Positions 36,934-44,692 of a DNA stretch of 64,000 nt are shown one piece after another. A program made the position numbers and the translations under genes. Within the stretch, counting starts at the first letter, position 1. Every line of letters starts with the position of its first letter. This DNA comes from Gammaproteobacteria bacterium (GTDB taxonomy: Bacteria; Pseudomonadota; Gammaproteobacteria; Steroidobacterales; Rariloculaceae): NCBI GenBank assembly GCA_035513215.1, contig DATKCK010000028.1, forward strand, positions 2,386 through 66,385. Direction: 5' to 3'. Below the pieces are notes generated by a model. It saw nothing but the letters and a program-made list of their open reading frames with translations, was not told where the DNA came from and did no database searches.

Positions 36934-38136
36934 ATGAATGCTCGCTTGCCGGGATTTGTCGGCCTCGCTCTTGTCGGGCTCGCGTCTGTTGATGCCGTCA
37001 TGGCGCAGGCCGTCGCGATCACGAACGCGCGAATCATCGTCGGCAACGGCGAGGTGCTCGAGTCGGGAACGATCGTCGTGCGCGACGGCAGGATCGCAGA
37101 GGTCAGCGCGGGCCGCCCGAGCACGCGCGGCCTGACCGTCATCGACGGCTCGGGGCTCACGGCCATGCCCGGCTTCATTGATGCTCATCGTCACATCAAC
37201 ACTGGACCGAACGAGCGCGAGGAGATGCAGGCGCAGCTCGAGGCCGGCTACACGACGATCCTGTCGGGCGGCGGTCCGGCCGACGGCAATCTGATCCTCA
37301 GAGACAGGATCGAGAGCGGCGAGATCGCGGGCCCGAGAATCATTCCGTCGGGACGGATCGCGCTTGCCGACAACACGCCCGAGATGGCGAGGGCCCAGGT
37401 GCGCGAGCTGGCCGAGATGGGTATCTCGTGGACGGGCGAGATCGCGCTGACGCCGCAGCCGCGTCCGGGCACGCACGAGATCGACGTGCTCGAAGCCGTC
37501 GTCGACGAGGCGGCCCGCGTCGGCGTCACGGTGCAGGTTCACGCCGTCAGCACCTCAGCCATGGTCGCGGCCGTCGAGGCCGGCGTCAGACGGCTCGTGC
37601 ACCTGCCGAACAAAGACTTCGTCGACCGCGACGCGGCCCGCATGCTGGCTGAGACCGAGACGATGATCCTCGCGACGATCGGCTTCGGCGCGCCGATTTT
37701 CGGCGTCTTCGCCGACGACAACGAGCCGCGCTTTCGCGACGGCAACCCCTGGCCCGAGTCGATCGCCGGCGCCAATCGCGACGCGCAGGATCGCGCCGAA
37801 GGCACGGAGATCGGTTACACGATCGTCAACGCGCGCACCGTCTTCGATGAGGGCGCCGTGCTCGGCTACTGCACCGACACGCGCTACGACCCGTGGGCGG
37901 GCTTGAGGCACGAGCTCGAGTCCTACAACGTCATGTTCTCGATGCGCGACATCGTCGAGATCATGGGCCCCAGCACGGCGGCCTACATCAACATGGCCGA
38001 CGAGCTCGGCACGCTTGAAGCCGGCAAGCTCGCCGATATCGTGCTCGTCACCGGCAACCCGCTCGACGGCTTCTGGAACATGCTCGACGCCAGAGTCGTG
38101 CTGAAGGAAGGCGGCGTCGTCGTCGACAAGCGCTAG
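36934..38136 (+). CDS. Secreted amidohydrolase family protein
   Basis: It has a signal peptide, then PGFIDAHRHI (the metal-binding HxH) and a C-terminal GTLEAGKLADIVLV motif typical of amidohydrolases. Confidence 0.8.
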   Translation: MNARLPGFVGLALVGLASVDAVMAQAVAITNARIIVGNGEVLESGTIVVRDGRIAEVSAGRPSTRGLTVIDGSGLTAMPGFIDAHRHINTGPNEREEMQAQLEAGYTTILSGGGPADGNLILRDRIESGEIAGPRIIPSGRIALADNTPEMARAQVRELAEMGISWTGEIALTPQPRPGTHEIDVLEAVVDEAARVGVTVQVHAVSTSAMVAAVEAGVRRLVHLPNKDFVDRDAARMLAETETMILATIGFGAPIFGVFADDNEPRFRDGNPWPESIAGANRDAQDRAEGTEIGYTIVNARTVFDEGAVLGYCTDTRYDPWAGLRHELESYNVMFSMRDIVEIMGPSTAAYINMADELGTLEAGKLADIVLVTGNPLDGFWNMLDARVVLKEGGVVVDKR

Positions 38137-38143
38137 CAACCGC

Positions 38144-38177
38144 CTGACAAGCACTGACAAGCACTGACAAGCACTGA
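38144..38177. repeat. 10-bp tandem repeat CTGACAAGCA x3.4
   Basis: Read directly from the sequence, immediately after the amidohydrolase stop codon. Confidence 0.85.
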
Positions 38178-38220
38178 GACCCGCTGATCGGGCCCGGGTA
38201 GCATGGCAATACTTGACGGC

Positions 38221-38245
38221 ATACACTGTGTATTATACAGTGTAT
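38221..38245. promoter_or_regulatory. 25-bp near-perfect palindrome ATACACTGTGTATTATACAGTGTAT; candidate PadR operator overlapping a putative promoter
   Basis: 11 of 12 arm positions pair. It lies between a TTGACG (38213-38218) and the AGGAGG Shine-Dalgarno of padR. PadR regulators typically autoregulate through palindromes. Confidence 0.5.
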
Positions 38246-38266
38246 GGCACATAGGAGGTTCAGCGC

Positions 38267-38590
38267 TTGGGCACACCGATTCCCGATTCTCTGCGGCTGG
38301 AGCTGCGCCGTGGCTCCCTCGTCCTGGCCGTCCTCGGGGCGCTGCGGAACGAGCACTACGGATACACGCTTTGCCGGCTGCTGGGCGACAAAGGAATCGA
38401 TATCGAGGAAAGCACGCTCTATCCGCTCTTACGCAGGCTCGAGTCGCAGGGCTTGCTGACGAGCGAGTGGCGGGACGAGAACCGGCGGCGCAAGCGCTTC
38501 TATCGGCTCTCGGACCAGGGCGAGCTCGCTCTCGCCGGCCTGACCGAGGAATGGAGCACGCTGAACCAGGCGTTGAAGAAGATTCTCTGA
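38267..38590 (+). CDS. PadR family transcriptional regulator
   Basis: It contains LAVLGALRNEHYGYTL...STLYPLLRRLESQGLLTSEW...RRKRFYRLSDQG, a typical PadR winged helix. It has a TTG start with AGGAGG 7 nt upstream. Confidence 0.85.
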   Translation: MGTPIPDSLRLELRRGSLVLAVLGALRNEHYGYTLCRLLGDKGIDIEESTLYPLLRRLESQGLLTSEWRDENRRRKRFYRLSDQGELALAGLTEEWSTLNQALKKIL

Positions 38591-38655
38591 GGAACCCGAC
38601 ATGCATCCGTTGATCGACACCTACCTGCTACACGTAAATCGCGTTCGGACATCCG

Positions 38656-39432
38656 ATGCAGGTCGCCGGTCGCTATCTGCCGCGCCAGTACCTGATCGGA
38701 CCCTCGGTTTTTCCGGCGTACTGGTATGCGCTGAAGTCACTCGTGATCATTTTCGCGGCCATTGCGATTCTGCTCGCGCTGGCTGCACTCGTATTCGATT
38801 CGGAGGCGCCGCTGGCGGCCGTAGTCCGGACGGTCGGCTCCACGGCCTGGGGCCTGCTCGCATGGAGCGCGATTCTGACCGGCGTCTTCGCCACGCTCGA
38901 GCAATCCGGATTCAGGTTCGACTCGTTTCGCCCGGAGCATCTCAGCCGCCGCCCTGCGCTGGCGCCGCGCATTCAAAGCGATCCGATTCCGCGCTTCGAA
39001 TCGCTCTTCGATATCGTATTCTCGATCACGGTCCTCGTGTGGTGGATAGGAGATTTCTCCAACGCTCAGCTTCTTTTTGCCGATGTGGAAGCCGACTGGA
39101 GCACGGCCTATTCCCGCTTCTTCGTCCCGGTGCTCGCGCTGCTGATCCTCGGACTCATCCGGGCGGGTCGCAATCTGGTTCGCCCCTACTGGACGAACCT
39201 CGCGAGAATCTCACGCATGACGCACGTCGGGCTGTGGATCGCCGTTTTGATCTGGGCGCTGAATACACCCGGGTTCGTGACCTTCGACGCCGTCGAGGGT
39301 GCGATGAACCCCGGCTTTACCGCCCGCCTCGTCGCGGGGCTAGAGCAAAGTCTGCCCCTGCTGTTGAAGATCTGGGTCTTCATTGGCGCGGCGCACCTTG
39401 CATTCGACCTGTACCGACTGCTGCGGCGATGA
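38656..39432 (+). CDS. Membrane protein associated with PadR (N-terminal sensor part possibly lost)
   Basis: This 258-aa ORF has several TM helices and begins VAGRYLPRQYLIGPSVFPAYWY. See the findings for the out-of-frame MHPLIDTYL start at 38601. Confidence 0.55.
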   Translation: MQVAGRYLPRQYLIGPSVFPAYWYALKSLVIIFAAIAILLALAALVFDSEAPLAAVVRTVGSTAWGLLAWSAILTGVFATLEQSGFRFDSFRPEHLSRRPALAPRIQSDPIPRFESLFDIVFSITVLVWWIGDFSNAQLLFADVEADWSTAYSRFFVPVLALLILGLIRAGRNLVRPYWTNLARISRMTHVGLWIAVLIWALNTPGFVTFDAVEGAMNPGFTARLVAGLEQSLPLLLKIWVFIGAAHLAFDLYRLLRR

Positions 39433-39567
39433 TAGCGATAAAATCGATTAATCAGATAGTTACGTGTGAGTGTTTACATGATCATGGAGCTGGCATAGAC
39501 TGCCTGTGAGTTCAGAGATTCTCTGATCACTCGCGAATAAGTTGCTGTAATTAGAAGGAAACAGCAC

Positions 39568-40770
39568 ATGGCAGCTCAGGCGGAGGGGAGCCCCGGGGCG
39601 AAGCGTTTCGCGTGGGCCGCGACGGACGTCATCTGGTTGGGTCCGACACAGCAGGCGGGCGTAAGCCACCTCTGCGCGGAAACACAGGTCAAGACGCTGA
39701 TCGGGCCGTCGTCTTGCGGCAAGACGACACTGCTGCGGCATTTCCAGCACCATCTCGACGATGCCGTGACACTGCATATCCCGGGACCGCACGCTGGCGC
39801 GCCGCAAGTTCTTTCGGCTCTGCTCAAAGCGGCGGCGATGGACGTCGCCGATCTGACCGAGGACGAGCAGAGAAGCCTGCTGCGCGTCTTCATCGAGCAG
39901 CGGCGGCTCGTCGGCAAGCGAATCATCGTTTGCGCCGACAACGTCGCCAGCTTCTCCGACGAAGCGTGGGGCGAGATCGAGAGGCTGTTGTCGCTCAAGG
40001 TGTCGAACAAGACGCTGGTCGAGCTTGCCGTCGTCGGCACCAAGGACGATGCGACGAGCTCGCCGCTCGGCAGGACGGTCGAGGGCGGCATGACGTCCGC
40101 CGTCGAAGGCGTCCGCTACCTGTCGCCGCCGAGCGATGACGACATCAGGCGGTACATCACCTGGCAGCTCGAGCGCCTCGGCACCGAGGCGCGCTTCTCC
40201 TCCGAGGCCTACAGCAGAATCAACGAGCTCAGCGAGTGTCGCTTTTCCGCCGTCAACGATCTTTGCGACACGATCATCTTCTCGCCGGAACGAAACGGCA
40301 AACAGAGATTCGATGTCGACGATGTCGACCGCGCGGCCGGCCTGCTCGCAGAGCCCGACGGTTCGACCGAGCCGCCGGCCCCAGCCGACGAGATTCGCCC
40401 CAACCGGCTCATGATCTCGCGCAACGGGAAGTTCGAGCGTCTGCTCCACCTCGACCGGCGGCTGCTGATCGGGCGCGGCGAGACCAGCGACTTGAGGCTC
40501 GGCGGGCCCACGATCAGCCGCCACCACGCGATGATCGTGCCGGCCGGAGACGGCCGCTTCGCCATCGTCGACCTGAACAGCAGCAACGGCGTGCTCGTCA
40601 ACGGGGAGCGCATCAAGCGTCGCGTCCTTCGCAACGGCGACACCGTGCAGCTATGCCAGTACCGACTCAAGCTGCTGTCGGCGGACGAGCCGAGTCGGGC
40701 AAGCGACGCCTCGAGCGAACCGCAGATCGAGATCGAGGCGCCCCTCCAGGCGGCCGCCCGCACGTATTAG
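39568..40770 (+). CDS. ExeA-like AAA ATPase fused to a C-terminal FHA domain
   Basis: It has a Walker A motif (GPSSCGKTTLLRH) and a Walker B-like IIVCADN. The C-terminal region LLIGRGETSDLRLGGPTISRHHAMIVPAGDGRFAIVDLNSSNGVLVNGERI is a canonical FHA domain. AAGGAAA precedes the ATG. Confidence 0.75.
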   Translation: MAAQAEGSPGAKRFAWAATDVIWLGPTQQAGVSHLCAETQVKTLIGPSSCGKTTLLRHFQHHLDDAVTLHIPGPHAGAPQVLSALLKAAAMDVADLTEDEQRSLLRVFIEQRRLVGKRIIVCADNVASFSDEAWGEIERLLSLKVSNKTLVELAVVGTKDDATSSPLGRTVEGGMTSAVEGVRYLSPPSDDDIRRYITWQLERLGTEARFSSEAYSRINELSECRFSAVNDLCDTIIFSPERNGKQRFDVDDVDRAAGLLAEPDGSTEPPAPADEIRPNRLMISRNGKFERLLHLDRRLLIGRGETSDLRLGGPTISRHHAMIVPAGDGRFAIVDLNSSNGVLVNGERIKRRVLRNGDTVQLCQYRLKLLSADEPSRASDASSEPQIEIEAPLQAAARTY

Positions 40771-40788
40771 CGCGCGCTGACTTGTGGG

Positions 40789-41781
40789 CTAGGCCGGGAA
40801 GAAATCGATCGGCTTCGTCGTCGTGACCGTCTCGACATTCTTCGGCTCGAACTGGAACAGCAGAATGCGCTGAACGAGCCTTTCCTCGAGCTCCGGATCG
40901 CCGAGATCCGACGACTCGATCTCGCAGAAGCTCACCGTGCCGTCCGGCATGATCGTGAGCCTCAACACGACCTTGCCCTGTAGCGTCGGATTCGCGCGCA
41001 GCGCGCGATTGTAGAGCGCATAGATCGCGCCCTTGTTGCGGTCGAAGACACGCTCGATCTCCTCGCGGCTGCGCGAGGCGAGATCGCTCGGCCCGGTGCG
41101 CGTGACGGCGCCCCCGGCCGGGCCGAGGCCTTCGACGGGACTCTCGACGACGGTCGTCGTTCGCGTGCCTATACCCGAGCCTCCGGTGTTGCGGCTAAGC
41201 GCCGCCGTATTGATGCCGCCGCTCGACGCGCCGACGTTCGACGTGATCAGCGAGCGCTCGTTGACGGGCGCGGCTTCGGCCACGGCGCCCGCGAGATCGT
41301 TCGACTCGAGCGTTTCGGACAGCTGGGTGTCGCGCAGCGAGGCGAGCTCCTCGGCGAACGGCAGGAGCCCCGCAACGCTCGCGCGCGCCCTGGCCTCGGC
41401 GACGACGTCGACGGGCTCGGGTTCCGGCTCGGGCTCCGGCTCCGGCTCCGGAATCGGTTCCGGCTCGATGACCTCCTCGACGACCTGCTCGGGCTCGGGC
41501 TCGACCGGCAGCTCGGGCTCCGGCTCCTCCTGCACGACCGGCGGCGGCGGAGGCGGCGGAGGCGCTGCCTGCTCGATCAGCAACCGCGCGTAGCGCTCCG
41601 GGATTTCCTCGAGCTCGGACGGGTCGCGCTCGGGGACCGGCAGGAACGACAGGATCAGCGCGACGACGAGCGACGCGCCGAGACAGATCAGAAGCTGCCT
41701 GCGAAAGCGCTCCTCGTGCTCGGCGCTCGTCGTCCAGGGCAGCTCGTAGATTCGATAGCTGACGGTTGCCGCGGTTGCCAC
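40789..41781 (-). CDS. TonB-like energy transducer with AgmX/PglI-type C-terminal domain
   Basis: It has an N-terminal TM anchor, a Pro-rich and (EP)n linker (PPPPPPPPVVQEEPEPELPVEPEPE...EPEPEPEPEPEP), and the C-terminus IYALYNRALRANPTLQGKVVLRLTIMPDGTV...FEP. It is the last gene of the exbB-exbD-exbD block. Confidence 0.7.
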   Translation of the reverse strand: MATAATVSYRIYELPWTTSAEHEERFRRQLLICLGASLVVALILSFLPVPERDPSELEEIPERYARLLIEQAAPPPPPPPPVVQEEPEPELPVEPEPEQVVEEVIEPEPIPEPEPEPEPEPEPVDVVAEARARASVAGLLPFAEELASLRDTQLSETLESNDLAGAVAEAAPVNERSLITSNVGASSGGINTAALSRNTGGSGIGTRTTTVVESPVEGLGPAGGAVTRTGPSDLASRSREEIERVFDRNKGAIYALYNRALRANPTLQGKVVLRLTIMPDGTVSFCEIESSDLGDPELEERLVQRILLFQFEPKNVETVTTTKPIDFFPA

Positions 41782-41783
41782 GT

Positions 41784-42314
41784 TCAGCCCCCCTGACCCG
41801 TAGCCGCGGCGAGCTGGAGAGCGGAGGTCTTCTGGAGCACGGCGAGCGACAGCCGGCCGTAATCGGCATCCGTGCAGGTCGCCATGACGCGCTTGAGCAG
41901 GTGATACGGAATTTCCTTGTCGCCCATGATCGTGACTTCGCGGTCCGCCGCATCCTCGTCCGTTGCGAGCAGCGATCGGCCGGCCTGCGCGACGAGGGCA
42001 TCTCTCAGCGCCGGAATGACGAGATCGTTGCTGGCAAGCACGTCGTCGATTCGGCTGACGACGCGTCCCTGCACGAGGATCTCGCTGTCGGTGACGAGAA
42101 TGACGACGCTCTCGCGCGCCTTGGTCTCCGCGATCGATTCGGGAAGCTGAACGTCCCTGGCGTTCGGCAGCACTTCGACGTCGGACGAGTTCACGAGCAG
42201 GAAGAACACGAGAATCGTGAAGATATCCATCAGCGAGACGAGATTCAGCGAAACGCCTTTGCGGTGGCGCGCATGGTGCCGGTCCATGCGTGCGGCGCGT
42301 CCCATGAAATGCAT
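41784..42314 (-). CDS. exbD: Biopolymer transport protein ExbD/TolR (paralogue 2)
   Basis: It contains SLNLVSLMDIFTILVFFLL, a single TM segment and a periplasmic domain typical of ExbD/TolR. Confidence 0.85.
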   Translation of the reverse strand: MHFMGRAARMDRHHARHRKGVSLNLVSLMDIFTILVFFLLVNSSDVEVLPNARDVQLPESIAETKARESVVILVTDSEILVQGRVVSRIDDVLASNDLVIPALRDALVAQAGRSLLATDEDAADREVTIMGDKEIPYHLLKRVMATCTDADYGRLSLAVLQKTSALQLAAATGQGG

Positions 42315-42332
42315 CGGCTCTCCCCTTCTCGC

Positions 42333-42842
42333 TCAGTTCAGAACCGGCGCGTCGCCGATCGAGATTTCGGGGAAGAGCTCGTAGCGGACGACCTCGCGGC
42401 TCGACTCGTCGACGAGCTCGGCGATGCGAACGGTATCCATGACCTCGACGAGGACCTGGTACTCGATGTCGGGCTCGAGCAGCACCGTCGCGTCGGCCTT
42501 GTCCGGAAACTGCCGCTTGACCCGCTGCAGATACACCGACAGCGCGCCGAGATCGTAGCTCGCGTCCGAGCTTTCGATCCGGCTCAGCGTACCCGCCGAG
42601 CGGTCGCCGACCTCGATCGAGTCCCGGCGCACCGTGATCTCGAGCTGAAGCTCGGGCTCGGGCGGCTCGTTCTGCCCCTGGGACTCGGCGTTCGGGAGAT
42701 TCAGCTCGAGCACCGCGAGACGCGAGAACACCGCGGTGATCAAAAGGAAAGGCACGAGGATGACCATCAGGTTCATGAACGCGGTGATATTGAGCTCCGC
42801 GGACTCCTTGTGGCGTCGCCTGTGGCCTCGAATGTGCTTCAT
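42333..42842 (-). CDS. exbD: Biopolymer transport protein ExbD/TolR (paralogue 1)
   Basis: It contains ELNITAFMNLMVILVPFLL, a single TM segment and the ExbD fold pattern. Confidence 0.85.
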   Translation of the reverse strand: MKHIRGHRRRHKESAELNITAFMNLMVILVPFLLITAVFSRLAVLELNLPNAESQGQNEPPEPELQLEITVRRDSIEVGDRSAGTLSRIESSDASYDLGALSVYLQRVKRQFPDKADATVLLEPDIEYQVLVEVMDTVRIAELVDESSREVVRYELFPEISIGDAPVLN

Positions 42843-42877
42843 CGTTGTTGACTCGCCCTAACAGGATCGCTAGACCC

Positions 42878-42904
42878 GGGTCAGACCCCTTTGGGGTCTG
42901 ACCC
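42878..42904. repeat. REP-like palindromic element copy C (minimal 12-bp hairpin)
   Basis: It reads gggtcagacccc ttt ggggtctgaccc and sits in the 79-bp gap between exbB and the first exbD. Confidence 0.8.
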
Positions 42905-42921
42905 TTTGCCCACTTTGCCCA

Positions 42922-43590
42922 TCAAGCCTTCGCCGGTGCCGCCTGCTCCCCGCCGCGCTCGGTGATCGCGTTCAGGAACTTGACCGACGCCATCTCGAGG
43001 CTGTCGATGATCGCCGTCGTCTTCGTCTGTAGCACCGTATGAACGAGCAGCAGCGGAATCGCGACCATCAGGCCGAAGGCCGTCGTGTTCATCGCCACCG
43101 AGATACTGGCCGAGAGCATGTCGGCCTTCTCGGCCGGGTTCGCATTCGAGACGGCCGTGAAGGCGTTGATCAGACCGATGATCGTGCCGAGCAGCCCAAG
43201 CAGCGTCGCGATATTGGCGAAGGTGGCGAGATAGTGCGTGCGCTTCTCGAGCTTCGGCATGACCTCCATCAGGCTCTCCTCCATCGCCTGCTCGATATCC
43301 TCACGACGGCTCGCCGACCGCACGCGGTTGAGCCCGTACGTCATGATCTGCGCGATCGCGGCCTTGGACTTGCCCGTCACCTGCATGGCGCCGGAGAAGT
43401 TGCCCTGCTTGAGATAGGGCGTCACCTTGTTCCAGAGCGTCTGGTTGTTCGCCGTCGTCATCGTCAGGTACAGCCAGCGCTCGACGGCAATGGCGAGCCC
43501 CAACGCGAGCACGATGACGATGGGATACATGAACAGCCCGCCCTCCTGAAAGAAACTCACGATTGCGGAATAGGCTCCCATTGCATTCAC
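42922..43590 (-). CDS. exbB: MotA/TolQ/ExbB proton-channel protein
   Basis: This 222-aa protein has three TM segments and the conserved LGLLGTIIGLINAF and AMNTTAFGLMVAIP motifs. Confidence 0.9.
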   Translation of the reverse strand: MNAMGAYSAIVSFFQEGGLFMYPIVIVLALGLAIAVERWLYLTMTTANNQTLWNKVTPYLKQGNFSGAMQVTGKSKAAIAQIMTYGLNRVRSASRREDIEQAMEESLMEVMPKLEKRTHYLATFANIATLLGLLGTIIGLINAFTAVSNANPAEKADMLSASISVAMNTTAFGLMVAIPLLLVHTVLQTKTTAIIDSLEMASVKFLNAITERGGEQAAPAKA

Positions 43591-43961
43591 TCCTCTTGAC
43601 TGTCCCCGTGCAGGGTCTCGTAGTACGAAAGATGTCGCTCGAAAACCGACCGGTCGACCGGTGCCAGCACCTCGTCCAGCAGCGAGTTGACCGGGCGCCC
43701 GACCAGGTCGCCGAGGTCGGACCGCTTCCAGGGCACGATGTAGAGCACCTTAGGCAATTCCTGATTTCCGGTAATTGACGTGGTTCCCAGATCGAGCTGA
43801 TCGACGGCGACGGGGCGCGGCCCGGCGGCGGGTCTCGGCGCTGACGGCGCCGCGCTCTCGACCGGCGCTGCGGGCTCGGGGCCATCGCTTGCGTCCTGTG
43901 CGATCGCCGCACCGGCGGCTGCCAACGCGACGACGGCGATCAGTATTCGTTTCGAGCTCAT
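43587..43961 (-). CDS. Small secreted protein of unknown function (124 aa)
   Basis: It has the signal peptide MSSKRILIAVVALAAAGAAIAQ and a 4-nt overlap with the exbB start. I recognise no motif. Confidence 0.6.
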   Translation of the reverse strand: MSSKRILIAVVALAAAGAAIAQDASDGPEPAAPVESAAPSAPRPAAGPRPVAVDQLDLGTTSITGNQELPKVLYIVPWKRSDLGDLVGRPVNSLLDEVLAPVDRSVFERHLSYYETLHGDSQEE

Positions 43962-43963
43962 GA

Positions 43964-44692
43964 TCAGTTCTCCCGTGCCACGCGCTCGGGCTCCGCGGGC
44001 AAGCCAAGACGGCGGCGCAAATCGACGATCCAGCGGCCGACGTCCTCGTCGGGCGACTGTGTAAGCGATTGATAGGCTTCGTAGTGCTCGAGCGCCTCGC
44101 CCTCGCGCTTGAGATAGAGATCGAGCAGCACGCCGAGGTTGTAATGCGCGAGCGCGTGGGTCGGGTCGGCTTCGAGCGCCCGCCGATAGGCGGCCTCGGC
44201 CTCGGCGAATTCGCCGTGCTCGCGGTGCAGCACGCCGAGCTCGTTATTGGCGGCCGCATGATCGGGCGCTAGCGCGAGCGCCTGCTCGAGCGCGGCCTGC
44301 GCCTCCTCGTCCCTGCCGTCGCGCCGATAGAGAATCGCGAGGTTGACCCAGGGGCCCGGAAACGCCGGGTAGGCGCGCGTCAAGTCTTCGAAGGCCATCT
44401 CGGCGGCAAGCCAGTCAGCGCCGGCCATCGCCGCAAGCGCCTCCGAGAAAGCCGCGGCGGCTCGCTCCGGTACCGCGACCGGCGGCACGAGCGGCGTCGG
44501 TACGAGCGGCGTCGGCGCGGTGTCGTTGGTCCGCGCAATAGGCTCGACCACTCCGCGATCCGATACCGACGCGGGCCGGGAGCCTCCGCTGCTGCACGCC
44601 GCGACCGCGGCCAGCGTGATCGCGAGCGCAACGAGCCGGCCGTGATTACCAGATCGAGCTGACAAGACGCTCTCCTTTCTCGTACTTCGCAT
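43964..44692 (-). CDS. TPR-repeat lipoprotein
   Basis: It has a lipobox (LAAVAACSS) and TPR repeats (AYPAFPGPWVNLAILYRRDGRDEEAQAALEQALALAPDHAAANNELGVL...). The exact start is uncertain. Confidence 0.7.
   Translation of the reverse strand: MRSTRKESVLSARSGNHGRLVALAITLAAVAACSSGGSRPASVSDRGVVEPIARTNDTAPTPLVPTPLVPPVAVPERAAAAFSEALAAMAGADWLAAEMAFEDLTRAYPAFPGPWVNLAILYRRDGRDEEAQAALEQALALAPDHAAANNELGVLHREHGEFAEAEAAYRRALEADPTHALAHYNLGVLLDLYLKREGEALEHYEAYQSLTQSPDEDVGRWIVDLRRRLGLPAEPERVAREN

Noticed and set aside
38144-38177. Tandem repeats here, at 9051-9087 and at 63681-63712, considered as a possible CRISPR array.
   Set aside because: The units are 10-13 bp with no spacers and no cas genes. They are simple tandem repeats.
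38601-39509. A 302-aa ORF starting right after padR.
   Set aside because: Apart from its first ~15 codons, it is an Arg/Gly-rich frame overlapping the hydrophobic, clearly membrane-type frame that starts at 38656. Only the N-terminal stub is discussed, as a possible remnant.
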